Of a stretch of DNA of 64,000 nt, positions 9,538 through 18,603 are shown one piece after another. The DNA comes from Candidatus Hermodarchaeota archaeon (GTDB lineage Archaea > Asgardarchaeota > Thorarchaeia > Thorarchaeales > Thorarchaeaceae): the NCBI GenBank assembly GCA_048885865.1, contig JBHLLF010000018.1, forward strand, positions 1-64,000, in the 5' to 3' direction. Position 1 is the stretch's first letter. Each line of letters opens with the position of its first letter. The position numbers were made by a program, and so were the translations under genes. The notes beneath the pieces were generated by a model. That model was given only the letters and a program-made list of their open reading frames with translations. It was not told where the DNA came from and searched no databases.

Positions 9538-10317
9538 TCAACCATAGAATCGATCTATTGCCTTGATTGTCGCCTCTATCTCTTTCTCCACTGCCTCTAC
9601 CAACAAGGGGTCTTGTTCCCCTGATTCTTCAGACTCGTCAGTCTGTTCGACCTTCTGTGCTCCATGCAGGTTGCCATCGCAGGCCAATATGGATGCGGCT
9701 TCTAGCCCCCGAGTGGTGGCGAATACGAAGAGGAATGAACTCTCCATCTCAACACACTTCACCTTCGCTCGAGTCCACATGTCTAGTGGGTTCTTTTCTG
9801 GACTTACATAGTACACATCACTTGTCCAACAAATGCCCTGATGGACTCTATCTGGAGGCAGCAGCTTAGAAATCTCTTCGTGCAATGCGATCGCCCATTT
9901 CGGAGATGCCACTGCAGGATATTCCATAGGTGCGTAGTTGAGACCAGTTCGTTCATCACGAATCGCACCCGTCGGCACGACCACATCGCCAACTGTTACA
10001 GAAGGTTCAATCCCGCCACAAGAACCAATTCTTATGATGACTTCAGGACCAAGCCTCGACAGTTCTTCAACACAGATATGCGTCGAAGGAGTACCTATTC
10101 CGGTGCCTGCCATTGTCACAGCGACTCCCTTTGGAGTATAAGCGCGGTATGTGACAAATCCTCGATAACGTGCGACCTCTTCTGGATCCTTCATCTTGGA
10201 TGCCATCACGGGAATTCTGTCTGGATTTCCTGCGATTAGCACTACCTTTTCAACATCGCCTTCGCCTACTCTTAGATGGGGCTGTACTCTACGCTTCAAG
10301 GAACTCACCTGACACAA
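9538..10317 (-). CDS. Nucleoside (uridine/purine) phosphorylase
   Basis: AGNPDR, GTGIGTPS, IRIGSCG, CVEMES. Confidence 0.9.
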   Translation of the reverse strand: MCQVSSLKRRVQPHLRVGEGDVEKVVLIAGNPDRIPVMASKMKDPEEVARYRGFVTYRAYTPKGVAVTMAGTGIGTPSTHICVEELSRLGPEVIIRIGSCGGIEPSVTVGDVVVPTGAIRDERTGLNYAPMEYPAVASPKWAIALHEEISKLLPPDRVHQGICWTSDVYYVSPEKNPLDMWTRAKVKCVEMESSFLFVFATTRGLEAASILACDGNLHGAQKVEQTDESEESGEQDPLLVEAVEKEIEATIKAIDRFYG

Positions 10318-10386
10318 GTTATCTGGTGCATAACATGCTTTTCACTGTTAGGCTCAGTATATGTCAGAAGTAATTCTAGGGATAGA

Positions 10387-10575
10387 CTAGACACCCTGGA
10401 TTCTGCTGATGATGCAGTCAGCGCATATCCATGTTCTGCCGACATTGAACACCCGACCAAATCGTGGTGATATGGTGCCGCAGTGGCAACATGGAGAAAC
10501 TCTGGATTCGAAGTTTTCTGTGAGAAACACAAGCAGTAGAGACAGCATATTCATTCTTGGTCTTATGACCTGCAA
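10387..10575 (-). CDS. Possible small zinc-ribbon protein
   Basis: CCHC...ICADC pair at the C-terminus of a short ORF; start uncertain. Confidence 0.35.
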   Translation of the reverse strand: MQVIRPRMNMLSLLLVFLTENFESRVSPCCHCGTISPRFGRVFNVGRTWICADCIISRIQGV

Positions 10576-10701
10576 TTATCTTCACGTCCTCAGACCTACC
10601 GCAAGATTCCACCTTATTAGGCCCTATAGAAATCAGTCCAGAAACCCGTTAACCATAGATACGCTTTTCTTATCGGGAGGTCAGGCGTTAAGTGAACTGA
10701 C

Positions 10702-11085
10702 ATGACTGAGAGCGTCAAATTCGAGTACTATTGCTATCGATGCGGTGATATGAATTCTCTAGACCTTCCTAGTCCTAAAGCACCCGATTATCATCATACT
10801 GACCTCAAGTGCAAGTCGTGTGGAGATGGAACAAGAGTAATGGTGAGCAGTTGCCCAAATCCTGACTGTACACATTTCGTCTATTGGATCAATGACATAT
10901 CCATTCCTGATTTGGTGAAGAGCTTTGCAAAGTATATGACAACCAACATGCAGGCCCTGATTGACAAAGCTGCAATCCAAGGTGCGCGATTGAGTATTGA
11001 TACTCCCGATAAGTTCCAGATTCCAGCCGCCTGTCCCTGCGGCAGTCAGTTTAATGTCGAGATTGATATTCCGGACCTAGATTAG
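10702..11085 (+). CDS. Cys-rich zinc-binding hypothetical protein
   Basis: CYRC, CKSC, CPNPDC and CPC motifs. Confidence 0.75.
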   Translation: MTESVKFEYYCYRCGDMNSLDLPSPKAPDYHHTDLKCKSCGDGTRVMVSSCPNPDCTHFVYWINDISIPDLVKSFAKYMTTNMQALIDKAAIQGARLSIDTPDKFQIPAACPCGSQFNVEIDIPDLD

Positions 11086-11100
11086 AAAGATAGTTCTGCC

Positions 11101-12417
11101 TCAACAGTGGTAATACCCTATGAAGCTCTCCTGTTTGGGAAACAGTGTCGTGATAAGTGATTTTACGTGTCCGCCTACGAGAAAGTCAGTGTTATGCTGA
11201 TTCAATTCTTCAATTGAATACTGACCCAGAAGCAATCTTACAAAGTCGTTGGGCGGAGCTCTGAAGCTGAGGTTCTTTCCATCTTCATGAATACCGAGGT
11301 CCGTGATTTGCTTTATCTTACCATCTTGGAAATTTAGGACATAGCAATGTCTGTATGTGTTGATTGTCACTTCTTGGGTAAGTCCTTCAAACATTGTTTT
11401 TTGAAGACGCTTCTGAAGCACTGGACGGATTCGCTTTAGGAAGCGAATCATGTCAGGTATGCGAAGCTGATGCTTCCAGCCTCGACTCAAATTGCCGCCA
11501 AGGTCTAGGCCAACTTGAGACAGATTGGAAGTTATTGCACCTGAGAGCGCGATTCGATAGAGACTCTTCTCTTTGCACTTATCTTTCAAAAACTGCAGTG
11601 CACGCCTCACGCCATCATATGTTCGAATGCTGCTTTCTATCACATCAAGGAATCCTTTCCCTGGATCAGAGAGGGAGTGTTGAATGGCACTTTCTCTGGC
11701 AACCAATCGAAAATAGCCCTCAACCTCCTTTCCATCCTTCACGACATAGGTTGTGAACTCCTTCTCATACTCTCGGCGTTGCTGTTCCTGAATCTGCCAC
11801 AGCTTTCTGTCTCGGACAGATGATACCAGTGTTCGAGCTGTCATCTTTTCATACAGCCGCATAATTGAGTCAAGATTCGATTTTCTAGCAGGACCAATGG
11901 TGAAACGCAGCCATGCTGGTTTATCATCGGAGGGGACATCTGGTACCTGATCTGTTCTCAGAAAGACTGACCTCCAAGCTGGAATTATGAAATCGTATCC
12001 AAACTGACGATAGTAATAGGGAATCCCTTGGATTGTCGAGATTTCATATTTGCCACGAGCTAGTTCTTTCTCAAAGAATTCCTTATACAAAGCTCTTACA
12101 AGACCTCTCTTGCGATACTCAGGCAATGTGCCAACAAATCCGAGTTCCAGATTCCGTAATGTGACTCCCGAGTAGCCCCAGACACTAGGAATGGCGTTGA
12201 GTGAGGATACAAAGATTCCCTTGTCAGTGTCACGAATGAAGAAGTTCATCTCCCTCCCAAAATTCGGAAGAAGGTCGATGATTCGTCTCAGTTCCTCGCC
12301 ATCCTGTGGCTCATGAATCGTTGAATTAAACTTGATCAGTTCCTCAAGCTCATCATCTGTTTTGACAATGCCAAACTCAAGACCATCTGGGAGATGGGTC
12401 GATGCTTCATATGTCAT
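11101..12417 (-). CDS. Eis-like tandem GNAT acetyltransferase with SCP2-like C-terminus
   Basis: VGTLPEYRKRGLVR acetyl-CoA motif; YYRQFGY. Confidence 0.8.
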   Translation of the reverse strand: MTYEASTHLPDGLEFGIVKTDDELEELIKFNSTIHEPQDGEELRRIIDLLPNFGREMNFFIRDTDKGIFVSSLNAIPSVWGYSGVTLRNLELGFVGTLPEYRKRGLVRALYKEFFEKELARGKYEISTIQGIPYYYRQFGYDFIIPAWRSVFLRTDQVPDVPSDDKPAWLRFTIGPARKSNLDSIMRLYEKMTARTLVSSVRDRKLWQIQEQQRREYEKEFTTYVVKDGKEVEGYFRLVARESAIQHSLSDPGKGFLDVIESSIRTYDGVRRALQFLKDKCKEKSLYRIALSGAITSNLSQVGLDLGGNLSRGWKHQLRIPDMIRFLKRIRPVLQKRLQKTMFEGLTQEVTINTYRHCYVLNFQDGKIKQITDLGIHEDGKNLSFRAPPNDFVRLLLGQYSIEELNQHNTDFLVGGHVKSLITTLFPKQESFIGYYHC

Positions 12418-12489
12418 TTCATGAACACTTCTGTATTGCTGAGATTCATGCGGTCATGAATGTTTATGTCAGGCTTATACTCTCCAATA

Positions 12490-13155
12490 TCATTTGGGGT
12501 TGGCTGCATAGAAGTCGCAATATGTGGGTAAGGGACAGTCATGACACCGCGGAGACTTTCTCAGGCAGATTGTAGCGACAAGATCGATTATCCCCCAGTA
12601 GAATCGCTTGTGCTGTGAACCTCCAAATTCTTTCATGAACTCCCAGACCATTCTATCTGTTGGGTCTGAAACTCCAAGTGAGAACATGCGGTTAACGAGA
12701 TGGACTACATTGCCATCCACCATTGGTTCGGAAGCGCCAAATGCGAAGTTCATGACCGCAGCGGCACTATATCGACCGACGCCTGGTAAAGCCTCAAGAG
12801 CAGCCAAATTCTTCGGAATTGCTCCATCATATTCCTTGAGCACTGTCCTTGCCATCTTCTGCAAATGTGATGCTCTGACAGATTGGAGTCCAACTGTGCT
12901 TAGAGCTCGTTCAATAGTTGACTTCCGAGCTCTTGCAAGTCTTGCCAAGCTATCAAATCGTTGCATGAAATCAGGATATATTCGAGCTACAGCGGTTGCA
13001 GTCGTCCGTCGAAGGAGCATTTCAGCAATCAGAATCTGGAATGGATCCTCATTTTGTCGCCATGGAAAGTCGCGGCCATACCTCTCATACCACTTTATGA
13101 TAGCGTTCCTAACAAGTGCAGCTCTTTCACCATTGAGAAGCGGAGCTTCTCCCAT
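12490..13155 (-). CDS. HhH-GPD mismatch DNA glycosylase (MIG/MutY family, 4Fe-4S)
   Basis: RDFPWR, EMLLRRTT (MIG-like rather than MutY LQQT), LPGVGRY, VDGNV, CxxxxxxCxxCxxxxxC. The ATG at 13155 is preferred over the ORF-track start at 13206. Confidence 0.85.
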   Translation of the reverse strand: MGEAPLLNGERAALVRNAIIKWYERYGRDFPWRQNEDPFQILIAEMLLRRTTATAVARIYPDFMQRFDSLARLARARKSTIERALSTVGLQSVRASHLQKMARTVLKEYDGAIPKNLAALEALPGVGRYSAAAVMNFAFGASEPMVDGNVVHLVNRMFSLGVSDPTDRMVWEFMKEFGGSQHKRFYWGIIDLVATICLRKSPRCHDCPLPTYCDFYAANPK

Positions 13156-13168
13156 ATCTTCGCCCCAC

Positions 13169-13735
13169 TCACCCAAGCATGGATTTGATTCTTTCAACAA
13201 TCTCATTGAGATTGGCGACTACAGTTATGCCCTCCATTTCACGTAGTCTCGCCACATTCTCGAGGTCCACCTTCCGAGCGCGTATTTTGAACTTCTTTCC
13301 ATTAGGCGCGACAGTTTCAATCTCACCCGGAGTCTGGTCAACGGGAAGAAGAACAATGGGAGTCTTTCCTTTGGCGCATTGTGCCACTGCATTAGTAAGA
13401 AGTGTGTCCTCAATGCCGTAAGCAATCTTTGCAGCAGAGTTGGCTGTAAGAGGAGCTACAATAAGAATATCCCATTTGCCCATCTGGAGAGGACCTGCAA
13501 TGAATGGAACATTCGCATCCACTTCGACCTTGACATTGAATTGCTCATTAAGTGGTTGCCATAATCTGTACCAGTTTAGAACCTGACGTCCGGCCTTGGA
13601 AACAAAAATGTCAATCTTCACATCATGTTCTTTCTGAAGATCAATCATCAGGTCAACGGACTCTTGGATGAGATCACCACTCCCAGTAATTCCCCAAGCG
13701 ATTCGCATTTCAGTTCGTTCGTTTGTGGTATTCAC
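13169..13735 (-). CDS. afpA: Archaeal flavoprotein AfpA family
   Basis: IAWGITGSG, APLTANSAAKIAYGIEDTLLTNAVAQ, LPVDQ. Confidence 0.85.
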   Translation of the reverse strand: MNTTNERTEMRIAWGITGSGDLIQESVDLMIDLQKEHDVKIDIFVSKAGRQVLNWYRLWQPLNEQFNVKVEVDANVPFIAGPLQMGKWDILIVAPLTANSAAKIAYGIEDTLLTNAVAQCAKGKTPIVLLPVDQTPGEIETVAPNGKKFKIRARKVDLENVARLREMEGITVVANLNEIVERIKSMLG

Positions 13736-13777
13736 TACAGAAATATGTAGTGGATAGTCGATTTGTCACGGTGAGAG

Positions 13778-14773
13778 ATGATGTACAGAGCCAGTGTGGG
13801 CATAACAACCAATATGAGAGTCACTGCAACAGATTGGATTGCCAAGAATGCGGAAGACCTTGGAATTGATGGCATATGGGTGGGAGAAGACATCGATTTG
13901 GGACAGGATGTCTATGTTCTTACAACTGCAGCACTCCTCAATGCCTCAAAGACACGCGTAGGGACTGGAATAATTCCTATCACTGTTCACAAGATTTCAA
14001 CTATTGCCCGCGCAGCCGTTACAATGCAGAATACAGGAAATGGAAGATTTGTCTTTGGCACGGGGATTGGCGGCATTCAAGACCTCAACAATTTAGGCAT
14101 CATTGTGAAGAAACCTGTTACCGAGCTTAAAAAATGCGTAATGACCCTAAGGAAGCTATGGGCTGGAGAGTCTGTGACGATAGAAAGTGAACTGATGAAA
14201 CTGGACAACTACAGTCTGGGGCTGAAGAAAGCTGTTGAGATTCCAGTCTTCTTGGGTGTACGTGGGCCGAAGATGCTCAAGCTTGTGGGAGAAATTGCGA
14301 ATGGTGCAGTGCTCTCCGGTCCAATCGATTACCTCAAAGATGCAGTGAAGAGGATTAATTCATCTGCCAAGAATTCAGGAAGAGAGGACCCAGATATAGA
14401 GAAGGTCGCATGGCTCCCGACAATTCCTACCTTCAAAGGAGGGAAGGAAGCTCTCGCAAAACGAGTTGTAGCATTAGTGATAGCTGATATGCCTCAATCA
14501 GTCCTAGATCTTCTTGATGTAGACCAGGAGAGGGTTGAAAGATTAAGAATCGCAGTTTCGAAGTCCGGACCTGATGCAGGGATTCCGTATGTCAATCAAG
14601 AATTAATCGACATGTTTGCTATTAGTGGAAGCAGAGAGCACATGGTAGATAGGTTCGAATTACTCGCCGAGATTGGCCTCACTGAGGTTGTTCTTGGACC
14701 TCCATTTTCAGGAGATTGGAGAGGTGCCATGACTGAGATTTTCGAAGAGATAAGAAACCGAAAAGAAACCTGA
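13778..14773 (+). CDS. Luciferase-like (LLM), Mer-like F420-dependent oxidoreductase
   Basis: AEDLGIDGIWVGE, GRFVFGTGIG, GVRGPKMLKL, EVVLGPP. Confidence 0.8.
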   Translation: MMYRASVGITTNMRVTATDWIAKNAEDLGIDGIWVGEDIDLGQDVYVLTTAALLNASKTRVGTGIIPITVHKISTIARAAVTMQNTGNGRFVFGTGIGGIQDLNNLGIIVKKPVTELKKCVMTLRKLWAGESVTIESELMKLDNYSLGLKKAVEIPVFLGVRGPKMLKLVGEIANGAVLSGPIDYLKDAVKRINSSAKNSGREDPDIEKVAWLPTIPTFKGGKEALAKRVVALVIADMPQSVLDLLDVDQERVERLRIAVSKSGPDAGIPYVNQELIDMFAISGSREHMVDRFELLAEIGLTEVVLGPPFSGDWRGAMTEIFEEIRNRKET

Positions 14774-14804
14774 AAATAGCCCCGCAGTACTGCAGGGAGT
14801 TCAT

Positions 14805-16283
14805 TTACACATCGAAATAGTCCGAGAGGTTCAGGCTTTCCCGCTCAGTTGTCCAACCCTTGGACCCGAATCTCCAGAACTTGGTGAGATCAATCTCAGA
14901 CCTTGAGCCCTTAAGGTCTATCGTCATGATTGGATTCACAGACTTCACTCCTTTTTGCGATTCAAGGGAACGAAACAATTGGTAATATTCAACTTGATGT
15001 TCACTTGGAACCTGAACCCATACAATTATCCCCAAGGGAGATACAAAGTAAATGACTGCTGGCAGATGTACTATAGCACTTTGGATTCTATCCTTCCAGG
15101 TCTTATCGCATATTATCTCAAAGCAGAAGTTTGTTGTTAGACCTACACCTCTAAAGCTCGTGAACGGTTTGATTATATTTCTGTCATACCCCTTCCGGAC
15201 TGATCCTGTCACCTGTTTTGAATCGTAATCCATACCCTGCATCCTAATCCGATCTACAAGCACTCTAGGTGGGTCACGAAGTGCATTTCTGTAAAATGAT
15301 ATCACATTGAAGTCGTCTATAGTGAGTCCTCCTTGCCAACCCTGACACCTGAGCACACGAACCATCTTTTCTTCTCGAAGAGGAATGTCATCTTCGCCAA
15401 CTTGCTTAAAGGCTTCAGAGAATGACCACTCATTATTCTTCATGAGGCCGAGATTTGTGTCGGATCCAGAGGCCTCCTGAAGATGAAGATTAGAATAATC
15501 AAAGAGTATTGCAGCGATATCGCTAACATGCTCAGTAAAGGGAGCTATGTTCTCAGGGCCGGGTATAAGGAAAGATATGTAACCCAAGTCTGTCATTGTC
15601 GTCTTCAGTATGTTCTTGGTGAATGGATAAAGAGCGAATCCGTCCTCAACCATGTCCCATTCAATGCCCTCTGCCAACTTGAAGAACAAGATGAAGGGCT
15701 GTGCGCCAAACGCGGTCATATCCATCAGAGCGCTTACTCTAAAGACAAGGTTCTTCTGAAGGCGTTCTATCGAGCGAGCGATTGTCCGAGGAGTAACTCC
15801 AACCTCTGCCGCCGCATCGACAAGGGTGCACAATGGGTCCTTTTCAAGAAGCAATAGGACCTGAAAATCGCTGGGACTGATAGCTGTAGGCGGAGAAACA
15901 AATGCAAAACTGATAGCTGATTTGACAGAGTCCTTAGTAACCAGATTGAACTTCTTCAGTGTTCCGAGGTTTGACAGAATATTATCTTTGAAAGTCTTGG
16001 TGAGGGGGACCAAAGTGGGATTCGTGGGAAATTTCGCAAATTCAGGATGGTCCTTCAACGCTTCAGACGCATGGACTGCATCCTCCATTGTGAGTGTGCC
16101 TTCATACAGGCCCAAGTAGATCCGCATGACATCAATATAGAACTGGATAGACGACTCATCAGATTTTGGAATCAAATCGTCATATGGAGTGTGAATATCG
16201 ATTCGACTACTTTGTGATGATGCTATTTCTCTGGATGGGCCTCCAGTTTCTTGATGAGTCTTCTTCAATCTTCCCAACGCCAA
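14805..16283 (-). CDS. Tandem Lrp/AsnC-like (wHTH-RAM x2) protein with extra N-terminal domain
   Basis: DFQVLLLLEKDP..LVDAAAEVGVTPRTIARSIERL..DMTAFG, and a second degenerate repeat LTIDDFNVI..IIKPF..VGL. Confidence 0.6.
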   Translation of the reverse strand: MALGRLKKTHQETGGPSREIASSQSSRIDIHTPYDDLIPKSDESSIQFYIDVMRIYLGLYEGTLTMEDAVHASEALKDHPEFAKFPTNPTLVPLTKTFKDNILSNLGTLKKFNLVTKDSVKSAISFAFVSPPTAISPSDFQVLLLLEKDPLCTLVDAAAEVGVTPRTIARSIERLQKNLVFRVSALMDMTAFGAQPFILFFKLAEGIEWDMVEDGFALYPFTKNILKTTMTDLGYISFLIPGPENIAPFTEHVSDIAAILFDYSNLHLQEASGSDTNLGLMKNNEWSFSEAFKQVGEDDIPLREEKMVRVLRCQGWQGGLTIDDFNVISFYRNALRDPPRVLVDRIRMQGMDYDSKQVTGSVRKGYDRNIIKPFTSFRGVGLTTNFCFEIICDKTWKDRIQSAIVHLPAVIYFVSPLGIIVWVQVPSEHQVEYYQLFRSLESQKGVKSVNPIMTIDLKGSRSEIDLTKFWRFGSKGWTTERESLNLSDYFDV

Positions 16284-16294
16284 TAGCTATTGCT

Positions 16295-17362
16295 TCATTG
16301 TGAACTTTGTCTATGTGAGGGTTGTATCAGACTACCAAGTCCGCCCCACAATGAAGTTTGTTCTGCTATAAATGTGCACATCTCTGTGGTATCACCAGCT
16401 AATTCTGAGAGCACCTTTGAAATTGCCAGCAAACCTGCAGATTCCGGGAAATCAAGAATCAATGCTGTCAAAGCTTGACAGCTCATGACTTTTGCCTGTG
16501 GAAGAGTCGTTGCTTGCGCTTGGAGTATACGAGAGAGGTTTGATACGGCTCCTCGGTTATCCAGAGTTATAACAAGTCTCTGAGTCAGACCGATGTTATG
16601 AATACTCACATAGGGAATAGCATGGTCCCTCCTCATCGAAGATAGTCGGCGTCTGAGCGTTCTTTCTGATGGTGGCGATAGACCCAGCTCCTTGTATCTC
16701 GATGCCAGACCCATTGATGTGACATGATAGTCGTCCTCTATTGAACTCGCCACTACCAGATCTTCGTTAGTGGCTGCCACGGGATCGGTCTGAGTAGAAA
16801 GCTGAATGTCTGGCAGAATATCCGCATATCCTTTTGCCGAGTCAATAATAATACCAAACCTGAATCCATCGATAACCTCCCAATCCCTTCCATCAAAAAG
16901 ACCAAGGTTCATGTGATTCGACATATTCTCGGCTGAGCCAAAGACTAACGAGAGCTCATATGGCCTCTTTTGAAAGCGAATCAACTGGTTGAGGTAGTTC
17001 ATACCTCTCTGGTCAATTGGCAAGAGGGCCTCGAAGTAGATTCTCTTATCCATCATTGAGGATAACTCAGACTCAGCAAAAAAGATGGTGAGAGGGTTTG
17101 AAACCAGCCAACGCTTCAGCTTGGGTAGATTTCTTGATCCCTCATTATCATTAGCCCAGCCAAAAGTGAATCTGAGTCCGAGCTTGCCATAATCGAAGGT
17201 ACTGCGAATGCGAAGAGCGTAGTCCTTTTCGAGCTTTTTCCAAATCTGGTTGATTGCTGAACGTGTAACGCCAAGTGTTTCGGCTAAATCCACTTGCCGC
17301 ATTGAGGGTTCTATTACAATTCGTCTAAGAAGCGTGAGCTCGCCAGTCCCGAGAGATTTCAG
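16295..17362 (-). CDS. Tandem Lrp/AsnC-like (wHTH-RAM x2) regulator, probable CTG start
   Basis: QVDLAETLGVTRSAINQIWKKL..DYGKLGL and a second HTH SERTLRRRL. The open frame extends 20 codons upstream of ATG 17302 to CTG 17362, preceded by AGGAG, which completes helix 1. Confidence 0.65.
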   Translation of the reverse strand: MKSLGTGELTLLRRIVIEPSMRQVDLAETLGVTRSAINQIWKKLEKDYALRIRSTFDYGKLGLRFTFGWANDNEGSRNLPKLKRWLVSNPLTIFFAESELSSMMDKRIYFEALLPIDQRGMNYLNQLIRFQKRPYELSLVFGSAENMSNHMNLGLFDGRDWEVIDGFRFGIIIDSAKGYADILPDIQLSTQTDPVAATNEDLVVASSIEDDYHVTSMGLASRYKELGLSPPSERTLRRRLSSMRRDHAIPYVSIHNIGLTQRLVITLDNRGAVSNLSRILQAQATTLPQAKVMSCQALTALILDFPESAGLLAISKVLSELAGDTTEMCTFIAEQTSLWGGLGSLIQPSHRQSSQ

Positions 17363-17599
17363 AGTCTCGACTCCTATCCATCTTTATAGTGGCCATTTGT
17401 TAAGTAGAATATGTGTCTTATGGTTCCTTTCCGGATGGCCATTTGGAGAGATAACAAAGGCATTCTGCAAAGCTCTGCAATCGCGCTTCTAGTCTCGAGA
17501 ATCCAACAAATAATGCAAACTCCACTCCTTATTATGCGGATTGACCGCTGTTATCCTTGGTGTACACTCGGGACAATGCTATGGACGAAGAGATTCTGA

Positions 17600-17617
17600 G
17601 TGGATATGTATATCCAC
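17600..17617. promoter_or_regulatory. Palindrome GTGGATAT-GT-ATATCCAC, candidate operator
   Basis: Perfect 8-bp arms in the intergenic region upstream of the regulator pair. Confidence 0.4.
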
Positions 17618-18084
17618 GTAATACTAGGGTAAGATGAAGACCGACAGGCCTTTATGGTACCTAGTAAATTTCTTCGCCTAGAGCATAGTCTCTACGTCCA
17701 TACCATACACCATCGACCGGAGGTGAAAACGATCAGCTCGGAACAAATGAGAACACTCTACGAGAACATGACAGAGAGTCGTGTTGCACTGGAGCTGTTG
17801 TCAATCGGAATAGTTCACGGTATATCCACCGTGGTGCAGCCGCCGTGTGAAGATCTAGTACCGTTCTAGCCGTTTAGAGAGAAGACGGAAAGAACGGATA
17901 GGAGGCAACACGGTATCACCGGTTGATACACTTCACTACCGAGCGATGAACGTATGGTTTCCCAGAAAAATGAGAGAGAAAACGCGGAGGAGAGAACGAA
18001 CATGAATGACGCACGACCGTACAGCCCTGCACCAGAACCATGGTAATACGAAAAGACACGAAATGCATTGGAGGAAAACAAAGA

Positions 18085-18333
18085 ATGATTAGCGAGAAGA
18101 TGGCGACAACGCTAGCAGAAGTAGTAGTAACTGAAGAAGGTAGAGCGGTAAATCCGTTCACTGACTCAGAACTCATCAGACTCACTGCAGTCAACCTAGA
18201 GCTGGCAGTCAAGAACCTCATCGCATCCAGCACTCCGCCAGAGTGCATCGTAATCACTGCAGAACTCTGCACTCACAAACTCGTTGCAAGGCCTACTCCA
18301 AGCGGCGAGATTGAAGTGCGAGTCTTCGAGTGA
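18085..18333 (+). CDS. Small hypothetical protein (82 aa)
   Basis: GGAGG at 18070 before ATG 18085; protein-like composition. Confidence 0.7.
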   Translation: MISEKMATTLAEVVVTEEGRAVNPFTDSELIRLTAVNLELAVKNLIASSTPPECIVITAELCTHKLVARPTPSGEIEVRVFE

Positions 18334-18603
18334 GAGAGAAAAGGATGATTGGTTAGACTGGCCCATCTCAGGAAGGCTTGCGCCTTCCGTGATAGGACGG
18401 TCAGCGAGTTTGAGGAGTAAAAATAGGAAGAGGCCGAACATAAGCTCACTCTAAAGCCCAAGAAAAGGAGGAATGCCTTCATGGTATTTGACCCCTATCG
18501 GGGCTCCGAAAGGAGCTACGTGAACCCTACAATTCGGTGGTATAGCTGGATTGAGGGCCCTAGGCAGAAGGAGGGCTAGAGTTGAGAAATCGGGGCCATT
18601 TAA

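Noticed and set aside
12608-13246. Long antisense ORFs (for example 12608-13246, 8417-8929, 28945-29436, 60434-60967)
   Set aside because: Shadow frames opposite well-supported genes.
18334-18600. RNase P or SRP RNA
   Set aside because: It lacks the GAGGAAAGUCC and SRP helix-8 signatures; kept only as an unexplained structured region.
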